Shown one piece after another: positions 1 to 7,088 of a DNA stretch of 50,544 nt. Under the pieces are notes generated by a model that had not been told where the DNA came from, did no database searches, and was given only the letters and a program-made list of their open reading frames with translations. The stretch is from a virus: positions 1 through 50,544 of the IMG/VR virus record IMGVR_UViG_3300007352_000005; one strand, given 5' to 3'. Each line of letters begins with the position of its first letter. The first letter of the stretch is position 1. The position numbers were made by a program, and so were the translations under genes.

Positions 1-406
1 GAAGGGCGTACGTAGGTCTATCATTTTGCGTTAATGTCCATGCGTTATAGTCTGGAGTACATCCTATGTCCTTAGCCTGTGGATGTTCCAGATATTTGTT
101 CTCAAACTCAGCATAGGGAGTGATTGCTAGGGTGCATCCATTCTTTTTAGCAATCTTCTCCACCTCTGCTATCATATCCCCAACAGACTTGGAGAATTCA
201 GCAGCAGTGGAGGCAGGGGCAGTGTTAAATTCCGCCATTACATTATCCTCCTGCACAGCCCCTTTCTTTACCTTACGAGGGGAGTGCTTAGTGCCTCCCA
301 CAAGTCCGATAGCGGGAAAGTATTTCCCATCTTTCTTAAAGAACATTTCAGGGTCGCAGCCTACTGTGTTCTTATGACCCTTTGGTTTTAAGCTATATCC
401 TGCCAT
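1..406 (-). CDS. COOH-NH2 ligase (glutamine-synthetase/GCS2 fold, phiEco32-type amidoligase), N-terminal part; same gene as 50012..50544 across the circular junction
   Basis: Absent from the ORF track because it runs off the window edge. ATG at 406-404 has an AGAGGGTG Shine-Dalgarno just upstream. Hand translation begins MAGYSLKPKGHKNTVGCDPEMFFKKDGKYFPAIGLVGG. 406 nt plus 434 nt (50012..50445) gives 840 nt in frame. Confidence 0.6.
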   Translation of the reverse strand, partial: MAGYSLKPKGHKNTVGCDPEMFFKKDGKYFPAIGLVGGTKHSPRKVKKGAVQEDNVMAEFNTAPASTAAEFSKSVGDMIAEVEKIAKKNGCTLAITPYAEFENKYLEHPQAKDIGCTPDYNAWTLTQNDRPTYAL

Positions 407-420
407 AACACCCTCTTTTT

Positions 421-1254
421 TTAGTGGAGAAGTTCAGAAAAATACTTAATGTAGAAGTTTTTATTCTTTGGTATATATCCCTTATGCTGCGTTCTTATGT
501 GATACAATACGTGCCTCACCATTTCGTAAGGCCCATGATACTTTTCCCCCACATTCATATATTCCTCTACTGGAATCGTCCCCTTAGCGATGGTACTAAT
601 TATCTCCGCTGCGTGAGGTTGTTCCAGCGCCATACCCAGAATGTGACTATCGTGAAATCCTAAATCTGTCAAAGTCTGTAGAAATTGTGGATAATCTTTT
701 CTTACTTTGTGATTAAACGCAAACACCCGTAGGAGATTGGCGATAAAAGATATCACCATAGGATAATCAAAATAGGAGGGAGTGATTTCCATATACCCTA
801 CGAAGCGGTCGTTGGGAATGGATATTTTCGGTAAATCAAACAATGCATTGGGAGAAATCACCCTAATTTTATTTACATTTAGATAGTTTTTTATACTAAC
901 TAAGTTAGCCTTGAGGATAGAGGTTTGATACCCCAAGAATGACCTGTCTTGAACCAGCAACACAAGTCTTTCGTTCTTGTTCTGAGGACGTGTGCTGTTG
1001 TCGTACAGACTCACAAGCTCTTTAATAAGCACATCCCTGCACCAACAGAAAGGAAATAACTGCCGCACAGTAATTTCTATAGGAGTGTATCCGTTCTCTT
1101 CAATAGGCAGCTCTATTGAAGTAGTCATCCCTACACTGAAAGACAAAGAACTAACTGTACCGGACTGTGCCACTTCATTCCAATACTCCCACTTTTTGTT
1201 AGGAACAAAGCTAATCTTCTTTACATAATTGAGCTTAATCATTAGCCTCTCCAT
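421..1254 (-). CDS. hypothetical protein (277 aa), member of the amidoligase operon
   Basis: Long ORF packed tightly between the class I amidotransferase gene (20-nt overlap) and the ligase gene. I recognise no motif. Confidence 0.6.
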   Translation of the reverse strand: MERLMIKLNYVKKISFVPNKKWEYWNEVAQSGTVSSLSFSVGMTTSIELPIEENGYTPIEITVRQLFPFCWCRDVLIKELVSLYDNSTRPQNKNERLVLLVQDRSFLGYQTSILKANLVSIKNYLNVNKIRVISPNALFDLPKISIPNDRFVGYMEITPSYFDYPMVISFIANLLRVFAFNHKVRKDYPQFLQTLTDLGFHDSHILGMALEQPHAAEIISTIAKGTIPVEEYMNVGEKYHGPYEMVRHVLYHIRTQHKGYIPKNKNFYIKYFSELLH

Positions 1255-1951
1255 TCACTATGTATTTATTGAGAGCGTCCTTGAAGAACGCAAGTCCGGG
1301 GCTGCCTACTGCTAAACCTTCTGGATGAAATTGTACCCCCAATGCCCTAATTTCTGGAAACCACAGAGCTTCCGGTTCCTTATACACATCCGCACCACTC
1401 TTAAACTTAAAGTGTTTCTCAAATTCATCCTTCACTTTAGAGGATGCTGTGTATTTAGAACTGAGGCCGGGGGCATATGCCAACAACTCATACGTCCCCT
1501 CTTTAGGAACACACATCTGGTGATGAATACTATTCACCATCACTTCTCTGCCATCTTCTACAATGACAGCACGATGGATTCCACTACTATGTCCGGTAAC
1601 GTGCTGAATGAGCTTACCTCCAGTGAGAGCTGTAAACAACTGCATACCTCTACAGATGCCGACCATAGGAACTTTGTTTACTAGAGCCCACCTATACCAC
1701 TCTAGTTCCCATGAATCTCGCATAACACCATGCCCATAACTAGCAATGTCTAGTTCCCCGTACAAAGAAGGAGTGAGGTCTTCTCCGCCAGTAAAGAGAA
1801 TAGCGTCTGGTTTGCTGCTCGTGATAGTTGAGAGATGCTTTGGACGCATGTTGCTACTAACCATGCGTACTTGGTACTCAGGGATTATTGCCTGAGCGTA
1901 TCCGTGGTAGCCCAAGACAAGGGCCTGTTTCTTATTTACTGTGTCGGCCAT
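1235..1951 (-). CDS. class I glutamine amidotransferase / peptidase C26 (gamma-glutamyl hydrolase-like)
   Basis: Nucleophile elbow VPMVGICRGMQL, C-terminal LGVQFHPE (His-Glu of the triad), and FTGGEDLTPSLYGE. Confidence 0.8.
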   Translation of the reverse strand: MADTVNKKQALVLGYHGYAQAIIPEYQVRMVSSNMRPKHLSTITSSKPDAILFTGGEDLTPSLYGELDIASYGHGVMRDSWELEWYRWALVNKVPMVGICRGMQLFTALTGGKLIQHVTGHSSGIHRAVIVEDGREVMVNSIHHQMCVPKEGTYELLAYAPGLSSKYTASSKVKDEFEKHFKFKSGADVYKEPEALWFPEIRALGVQFHPEGLAVGSPGLAFFKDALNKYIVNGEAND

Positions 1952-1959
1952 TGGTAGTC

Positions 1960-2130
1960 CTATATGATGACGGGAAATCTTTTTTGATTATCTGAAAAGC
2001 AAATACGCACAGCATCTTGCGTGATGTGCGGCAATAGAAGGTAGTAATTCCTACGAGTTTTCTTTGGTGTCTTTCGTTGTATAAACAACACCTTACGCGT
2101 AGTTTCTGATGGCAATTCTCTTTTATACAT
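1960..2130 (-). CDS. small basic hypothetical protein (56 aa)
   Basis: The ATG at 2130 overlaps the stop of the upstream 53-aa ORF (ATGTATAA). The longer track start at 2199 would overlap that ORF by 77 nt. Confidence 0.3.
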   Translation of the reverse strand: MYKRELPSETTRKVLFIQRKTPKKTRRNYYLLLPHITQDAVRICFSDNQKRFPVII

Positions 2131-2284
2131 CAGTGCTCTCCATTCTCTTAGAACGTGCAGCTTTGTCCTTCTTCGTTTTACCCGGACGCATAACACCACG
2201 GTCTTTGTGCTTCACAGGAACAAACAAGGTAATCTTGCTGCTCGTTTGTTTCATCGCCTCATCACGGCTCTTATGCTGTTTCAT
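2123..2284 (-). CDS. small basic hypothetical protein (53 aa)
   Basis: Below the 60-aa track cut-off. AAGGAG lies 5 nt upstream of the ATG at 2284. Hand translation is MKQHKSRDEAMKQTSSKITLFVPVKHKDRGVMRPGKTKKDKAARSKRMESTDV. Confidence 0.4.
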   Translation of the reverse strand: MKQHKSRDEAMKQTSSKITLFVPVKHKDRGVMRPGKTKKDKAARSKRMESTDV

Positions 2285-2312
2285 GTTATCTCCTTTTCAA
2301 TATACACAGCAC

Positions 2313-2516
2313 CTATGTAATGATTGCCCCCTTTGACGGAATCACGGAACCTATAGTTGCACCAACTCCCCAGTGTACGTCAGGCATTGCTGCTACATGC
2401 TTATGTATGAATGGTAAGCGCGAGATATTGCGGAGTTGTTGTAAAGCATATTCCTCTATGTCATCAGTCCAGATTTTCACTGGCATACCTTCATTAATAA
2501 CTTTTTTAATCGGCAT
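2313..2516 (-). pseudogene. rtcB: RtcB RNA ligase, N-terminal 67-aa stub only
   Basis: PVKIWT...LPFIHKHVAAMPDVHWGVGATIGSVIPSKGAII matches the RtcB N-terminus almost residue for residue. It then hits a stop just before the GVDIGCGM metal-binding segment. The remaining ~340 aa are not encoded anywhere in the window. Confidence 0.75.
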
Positions 2517-2526
2517 GAGTTAGTTC

Positions 2527-2856
2527 CTATTTAACGTATAAACGAACGGTGTCATCTCCGTGAAGAGCTTCCTCTTCACAGTAATACACCTCCACTAATG
2601 CTTTCACAACAGCACTGTTGTCTTTTACATCTGGAAGGTCGAATTTACGGACGATAGAAGAAAGACGATGGGTAGATACTTGCCTCCCAATCTTCTTATT
2701 ATATCTGTCTTTGAAATAACATTTAGCAAGGCCATATTGCACGGTGTTGCCTGTCACAGTGTAGGCAATGGTAGCTCCGCCATGAGCATCAGGAAATGCC
2801 GCATCTTCGGATAGATAATGCCCTCGAAGATGAATGTATTTAATCTTGTTTGTCAT
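2527..2856 (-). CDS. hypothetical protein (109 aa)
   Basis: ORF in the co-directional gene chain. No motif recognised. Confidence 0.55.
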   Translation of the reverse strand: MTNKIKYIHLRGHYLSEDAAFPDAHGGATIAYTVTGNTVQYGLAKCYFKDRYNKKIGRQVSTHRLSSIVRKFDLPDVKDNSAVVKALVEVYYCEEEALHGDDTVRLYVK

Positions 2857-3031
2857 TTTTCTTTATTCTCACCATCTTAACAAAATGAGGGGCGAAATAT
2901 GTATCGAACTTGTAGGGAGACTCGGAGCCTCCTGAATTCCAAAAACGGATGCCGCCGTTGTCTTCAATGGAATAGAAGTCGGCCTTCACTGTTCTATACC
3001 CTTCCGTAGTTAGCACTTCGTATGTAATCAT
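2840..3031 (-). CDS. hypothetical protein (63 aa)
   Basis: Internal ATG at 3031 preceded by a GGGAGAC Shine-Dalgarno. The upstream part of the track ORF is low-complexity and overlaps small membrane micro-ORFs. Confidence 0.4.
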   Translation of the reverse strand: MITYEVLTTEGYRTVKADFYSIEDNGGIRFWNSGGSESPYKFDTYFAPHFVKMVRIKKNDKQD

Positions 3032-3292
3032 TAGTGTCTCCCTGAAATAAACATTTGAAGAAGGAATAACACTATACAGCCCCCGATGATAGTACCTGCA
3101 ACTAGCGCTAGGGCGTCTAGTATTGTCATAACTCCCTCCTAATTTTCCAGAAATGTTACAATTATCCAACCGCACACTATAATAGTGGTAATAATTACAG
3201 CCGCATCAGTGAACTCCATAAATATCTCCTGTGAATGGTGGACAGAGAAGGATTCCTACATCGCGCCTGATTTATACCCATCTGTCCGTAAA

Positions 3293-3366
3293 TGGTACTA
3301 CCGTCTGGAATCGAACCAACATCTCTCGCTTATAAGGCAAGTGCTCTACCATTGAGCTACGGTAGT
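3293..3366 (-). tRNA. tRNA-Ile, anticodon TAT (reads AUA), CCA encoded
   Basis: Hand-folded cloverleaf. Acceptor ACTACCG/CGGTAGT, D arm GCTC-AATGGTA-GAGC, anticodon arm CTTGC-CTTATAA-GCGAG, T arm with TTCGATT loop, discriminator A plus CCA. One mismatch at the base of the T stem. Confidence 0.8.
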
Positions 3367-3381
3367 TAATAAATTCCTACG

Positions 3382-3612
3382 TCATTTATTCAGTTTCTTA
3401 CTGTCTGCTACATAGCCCTTAACATGGGCAAATTTCTTGCTCTTTTCTTTTGGCACACTGTGCTCCACTATCTTCTCAGTAGTGGTGCCTAGATGTTTCC
3501 CGTAAAAACCATAAATAAAAAAACCAAATACACTAAGACTAATGGCTATAGCTAAATAGCCAGCAATCTTAGAGCATTTAGATGGATGGAATATTTCTTG
3601 GTCAGGATGCAT
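3382..3612 (-). CDS. small membrane protein (76 aa, one TM)
   Basis: Hydrophobic span IAGYLAIAISLSVFGFFIYGFYG followed by a lysine-rich tail. Confidence 0.5.
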   Translation of the reverse strand: MHPDQEIFHPSKCSKIAGYLAIAISLSVFGFFIYGFYGKHLGTTTEKIVEHSVPKEKSKKFAHVKGYVADSKKLNK

Positions 3613-3719
3613 TCATTCTCCTATGTCCCATAATGTGTGCCATAGCCAACTAACAGGACGCTTTTCCACTAAACATTCTCTTGTAGCATCGAGAATGTGT
3701 TGTATGTATTCGTTAGTCA

Positions 3720-3869
3720 TTATCTTGTAGCATCGTGAGCTGTACTAAACTTAATAACACCTACCGATACAAGTACAATCCAGTATCCCCATGTAGTTAT
3801 GGGCATACCATTAAAAGCTAGAGTGCCTCCAAGAATTCCCCACGCTAGTAGGTTGATTGCAAAGGTCAT
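3720..3869 (-). CDS. small membrane protein (49 aa, two TM)
   Basis: Internal ATG at 3869 gives MTFAINLLAWGILGGTLAFNGMPITTWGYWIVLVSVGVIKF. The stop overlaps the next micro-ORF start. Confidence 0.4.
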   Translation of the reverse strand: MTFAINLLAWGILGGTLAFNGMPITTWGYWIVLVSVGVIKFSTAHDATR

Positions 3870-3989
3870 GTTAGTGTTTCCACGGATACGCAGGATGGGA
3901 GGAAGGAATAAAACAGAATGGCCTAGACACCATTGTAGCATGGTATGTCTCGGCGTTAATCAGGCCAATAATCCATTGTTTAGTGTATT

Positions 3990-4217
3990 TCATTTAGGAA
4001 CTCCGCATTGTGTCCAGCAATTGTTAAGTTTTCTAAACCATCGTTGTTTAGAATATCCGTATTGTATTCCGTGTTTAATGTGTAAGGACAGTGTGGTGCA
4101 GATGATTTGCCCTGTCTTTAACAGTACAGGTACGTTTGAGATTTTGGCGCGTTTACTGCGGAAGTAGGAATATTGTACTTTAGAGTATAGTCTGTTTATT
4201 GGCGCGTACGTAGTCAT
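3990..4217 (-). CDS. small basic hypothetical protein (75 aa; alternative start 4229)
   Basis: The track ORF start at 4271 lies inside a terminator hairpin. The ATG at 4217 is preceded by GGAGAAGGGA. Confidence 0.45.
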   Translation of the reverse strand: MTTYAPINRLYSKVQYSYFRSKRAKISNVPVLLKTGQIICTTLSLHIKHGIQYGYSKQRWFRKLNNCWTQCGVPK

Positions 4218-4242
4218 TCCCTTCTCCATTATTTTTAGGTAT

Positions 4243-4269
4243 AAAAAAAGGGGCCCCTTTCGAGGCCCC
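4243..4269 (-). terminator. intrinsic terminator, minus strand
   Basis: GGGGCC (4250-4255) pairs with GGCCCC (4264-4269) around an 8-nt loop. The A7 run at 4243-4249 is a U7 tract on the minus-strand transcript. Confidence 0.7.
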
Positions 4270-5002
4270 ACAACGTGCCCCCATTGGCGGGGGCGGGAGG
4301 AAGATTTGCTTTGGCAGGGATTCGCCCCACCTTTCGCGTAAGCTCACGCTGTTTTATGGATAACATTGTGAGATTAGACACAGTAACTTCTCACTCCATG
4401 CGCCGTGGTAATATCTTGTAGCATCTCACGGCGACTAGCTACAAGAGAATACAAAGCATTATCCCATAGCACCGATTTTTGTACACCCGGCAACGATGCT
4501 ATAGGCTATCGCCTTGCAGCGACAACTTCCATTGATTTGTTCCAATGGCAGAAGCAGGGACGTTCTTTGTACTTAAATCCCCTAAATCTAATTTATATCA
4601 TCTATCTCTAAATAATATAAAATAGATTACATGACTAGAGATTGTTACTATTCATCCAGCACCTATTAAACTGGTAGCGTATTCAATCCCCCGCACTCAT
4701 GCGATATTCCGGCCATGTATCCGGTGTAACAGGACATATATAAGATTCTAACCCTATATAAGTTTATCGCGCTTTATCTAGGCATTATTTACGGAACTAC
4801 ATAAATACCATCCGTTCGCCGCCTATTATTCACGCGCCCTGTATGAGATTCTTTATCCGCATTTACGCCGGGTAATCTCCACCCGCCATCATCCCGTTTT
4901 ATAGGTAAGGGATTCTATAATTCCTAGTAATAGAATATTAGTTAGTTTAATCTAACCGTAAACTATTATTAGTCATTATCGCCACGGCCAGCACCCAACG
5001 TA

Positions 5003-5014
5003 TACTTTAAAGTA
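5003..5014. repeat. 12-bp palindrome TACTTTAAAGTA, copy 1 (extended to the 16-bp palindrome TATACTTTAAAGTATA, 5001-5016)
   Basis: Read directly. It is followed by a second palindrome, GCGTATACGC, at 5018-5027. Confidence 0.9.
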
Positions 5015-5287
5015 TAGGCGTATACGCTTCTGTTCTTGCCTAATAAACCCTGTGAGTCTTGCGCCATATACTTAAACGCGCCATGTCTAATGGCTCAGGC
5101 TTACTTAACATTCCGGTCAATCCCCGGATTGATTCTAGCCCCTTGGCTAGAATAGAGCTACAAGCTAGAATATTGCGACACGAACTAAAATATAGTTCGT
5201 CCTAGCAGGTAGAAAAATATAAAATCGTAGGCCACTAAAAGCACAATCATAATCTTAGCGTACATGGGTTTATGTCCTCTCAGTATG

Positions 5288-5299
5288 TACTTTAAAGTA
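5288..5299. repeat. 12-bp palindrome TACTTTAAAGTA, copy 2
   Basis: Read directly. Confidence 0.9.
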
Positions 5300-5357
5300 T
5301 GTTTTTAGAAGCCTGTTGTAAAATAGCAACAATAAGGACAGGCCTATCCGCTTTGTA

Positions 5358-5375
5358 TATAATCGAAAGTGAGAA
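5358..5375 (-). promoter_or_regulatory. conserved 18-nt motif TATAATCGAAAGTGAGAA, copy A (candidate promoter reading leftward)
   Basis: Identical to copy C and 17/18 to copy B. Lies 70 nt downstream (minus sense) of the terminator at 5446-5474. Confidence 0.45.
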
Positions 5376-5445
5376 TAAAATTTCTGTGCTAAAATCCCCT
5401 AAACATTGTAAGACTAATAAAAATTAGGATACAAAAAAAGACAAT

Positions 5446-5474
5446 AAAAAAGGGCGCACCGGAATGGTGCGCCC
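5446..5474 (-). terminator. intrinsic terminator, minus strand
   Basis: GGGCGCACC (5452-5460) pairs with GGTGCGCCC (5466-5474) around the loop GGAAT. The A6 run at 5446-5451 is a U tract on the minus strand. Sits 19 nt after the stop of 5493..6119. Confidence 0.85.
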
Positions 5475-5492
5475 CTGCATACGGCTCACTTG

Positions 5493-6119
5493 TTAGCCCA
5501 CTCGGGCGATTCGTACGTCGTCAATTTCGCTATCATCCGCTTCAGTTTGTTCCGGGTGGATGACCCGGTATTCCTTTACCATTTCCGCGATTGTCTTTGA
5601 TACTTCACTGATAAAGGCTTCATCTTGCGTACCGATGACAATTTCCGCCACTGCACGGAATTGCTTTAGGTGCTCCGGTACGCTATCAGCTGCCTCTTTT
5701 TCGGCGGTCTTGGCGGCCTTTTTGCGCGCCTCATTCAATGCCTTGCTTGCCACTGAGTAAGACACTGGCGCACCGTTGGTATCCGTCAAAGGCACATTCC
5801 TGTCGAACATGGCTTTAACATCGGATTTGGCTTGCGTCCAGATTTTGGGCAAGCGTTTGATGCCTTTCGCCTTGTTCGCCACCTTGTAGCGCGCCTCGGC
5901 CTTATCCATCGCCAAGGTAAACACTTCCCTATTACCGCACTCTACCGCTATGGCAATCAAAGCATTGCTAATACCATTACGGTATTTTATCGTTTGTTTA
6001 TCGGCGTGCGCTGCATCTTTCAGGATGGGCGCAAGTTTGTCCGCTTCACGTACGATAAGTGCGTTTTGTTCCACTATCTGTGCCGCTGTTAACGGCGTTT
6101 CACTGTTGGCAGTTTCCAT
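5493..6119 (-). CDS. early hypothetical protein (208 aa, helical, acidic C-terminus)
   Basis: GAGGAA Shine-Dalgarno before the ATG at 6119. Forms its own unit of promoter-like motif and terminator. Confidence 0.7.
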   Translation of the reverse strand: METANSETPLTAAQIVEQNALIVREADKLAPILKDAAHADKQTIKYRNGISNALIAIAVECGNREVFTLAMDKAEARYKVANKAKGIKRLPKIWTQAKSDVKAMFDRNVPLTDTNGAPVSYSVASKALNEARKKAAKTAEKEAADSVPEHLKQFRAVAEIVIGTQDEAFISEVSKTIAEMVKEYRVIHPEQTEADDSEIDDVRIARVG

Positions 6120-6151
6120 CGGTATTTCCTCAGGTTATGCCGTATGCAAGA

Positions 6152-6169
6152 TATAATCGAAAGTGATAA
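6152..6169 (-). promoter_or_regulatory. conserved 18-nt motif TATAATCGAAAGTGATAA, copy B
   Basis: Lies 33-50 nt upstream of the ATG at 6119 and directly abuts the U tract of the preceding terminator. Confidence 0.45.
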
Positions 6170-6197
6170 AAAGAAAGGCCCGCATATAGCGGGCCTT
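6167..6197 (-). terminator. intrinsic terminator, minus strand
   Basis: AAGGCCCGC (6175-6183) pairs with GCGGGCCTT (6189-6197) around the loop ATATA. On the minus strand it is followed by TCTTTTTAT. Confidence 0.8.
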
Positions 6198-6200
6198 ATG

Positions 6201-6212
6201 TACTTTAAAGTA
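6201..6212. repeat. 12-bp palindrome TACTTTAAAGTA, copy 3
   Basis: Read directly. Lies between the stop of 6217..6690 and its terminator. Confidence 0.9.
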
Positions 6213-6216
6213 TATT

Positions 6217-6690
6217 CTAATCTTCACTATCTTCTGGTTCTGTATAGGTATCTTCCAGTTCATCCAAAAACGCAGCGCGCCACGACCGCCACGATTTAAG
6301 CGCATCCAAGGCCGCCCGGCGTCCTATCTTGAAACATAACGCTTCATCCCTTGCGCCTGTTGTCCACAAGCGTATGAGCGCGCACTGGTACGCCTCCATG
6401 TATAAATCGTAATCCCGCACCCATGCTCGTATTGTGTTGTTATAGATATGCTGCCGCCCCACTACATACTGCGCCGATAGTTTGGCTATCCGTGCCGCAT
6501 CTGCCTCAGACATTCCGAAACCCTTGGGTATAACGGCCTTGGCTTCACGGCCTTGGCTTGCCGACCGTGGGCTACCGTCATCATTCACTAGCAGCCATCC
6601 GCGAGCTTTCGCCCGGTATGCCGTGGCCTGGCTTACGTTGTACTGCTCCATTATTTGCTTCACTTCAATATACTGGATATTGACCCGCAT
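6217..6690 (-). CDS. early DNA-binding protein with N-terminal helix-turn-helix (157 aa)
   Basis: The ATG at 6690 lies 7 nt after a GGAGG Shine-Dalgarno; the track start at 6696 is a GTG. MEQYNVSQATAYRAKARGW looks like an HTH. The segment YDLYMEAYQCALIRLW...GRRAALDALKSWR loosely resembles ECF sigma region 2 (weak). Confidence 0.6.
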   Translation of the reverse strand: MRVNIQYIEVKQIMEQYNVSQATAYRAKARGWLLVNDDGSPRSASQGREAKAVIPKGFGMSEADAARIAKLSAQYVVGRQHIYNNTIRAWVRDYDLYMEAYQCALIRLWTTGARDEALCFKIGRRAALDALKSWRSWRAAFLDELEDTYTEPEDSED

Positions 6691-6721
6691 ATGCACGCCT
6701 CCATTGTTTAGGTGCGTTCAT

Positions 6722-6739
6722 TATAATCGAAAGTGAGAA
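6722..6739 (-). promoter_or_regulatory. conserved 18-nt motif TATAATCGAAAGTGAGAA, copy C
   Basis: Lies 32-49 nt upstream of the ATG at 6690. Confidence 0.45.
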
Positions 6740-7059
6740 GCACTTTACAAGTATCTCTAAAGAGATATATATTAGCTTGCGCTAACATAAGCACAAGAAA
6801 GTATGTGCATTGAGGCAGTAGGGGCATACAATCGCGCCCACTGTTCGCCGCACTGATACAGTGCAAATGAGGGAACGATGCACCATTTCGGGGCACCGAG
6901 GGAAACCTTGCAGAGCGCAGGGACGGGACGGAGCCACTTTACGACGGTGCTACAATTTTATAATGCGCTGATTTTAAAAGAATAAATGCCTTCCTCTGAC
7001 TAGGCAGGAGGTATTAGTTTTTTATATAAAAATATATTTATTTTTAATTCAAAAACAGC

Positions 7060-7088
7060 TTGACAAAGGACACAAAATATGATATAAT
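7060..7088 (+). promoter_or_regulatory. consensus sigma70-type promoter, rightward
   Basis: TTGACA (7060-7065), an exact 17-nt spacer, then TATAAT (7083-7088). An AT-rich UP-like tract lies at 7016-7057. Confidence 0.75.

Larger units (their letters stand above)
4270..5357 (-). ncRNA. candidate ~1.1-kb non-coding transcript or long structured leader
   Basis: No ORF of 60 aa or more on the minus strand, and only one unsupported 68-aa plus-strand ORF in 1.2 kb. Bounded upstream by the promoter-like motif at 5358-5375 and downstream by the terminator at 4243-4269. Many perfect hairpins, for example 5132-5153 (9 bp), 5181-5199 (7 bp) and 5117-5132 (6 bp). Confidence 0.3.

Noticed and set aside
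1-99. The 99-bp end repeat as a genuine direct terminal repeat or cos region
   Set aside because: It sits inside an ORF that is complete only after circular joining. Its length fits an assembler overlap. No packaging signal is evident.
120-377. 85-aa plus-strand ORF at the left edge
   Set aside because: It is an antisense shadow of the minus-strand COOH-NH2 ligase gene (1..406). That gene has a Shine-Dalgarno, recognisable motifs and in-frame continuity across the junction.
3236-3287. tRNA-like element next to tRNA-Ile: a perfect 7-bp acceptor-type stem GGACAGA/TCTGTCC followed by ACCA
   Set aside because: It is only 52 nt long, and the 34-nt interior cannot be folded into D, anticodon and T arms. 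It may be a deleted tRNA remnant or a minihelix, but I cannot support calling it a tRNA gene.
4405-4611. 68-aa plus-strand ORF inside the 1.2-kb gap
   Set aside because: It has no Shine-Dalgarno and no start-codon context. It runs against local transcription signals (minus-strand motif and terminators). I treat the region as non-coding.
5446-6740. The early two-gene island as a G+C-rich foreign insertion
   Set aside because: My hand counts of 100-nt samples gave 44 and 55 G+C. These fall inside the range seen elsewhere in the genome (42-53), so there is no convincing compositional step.
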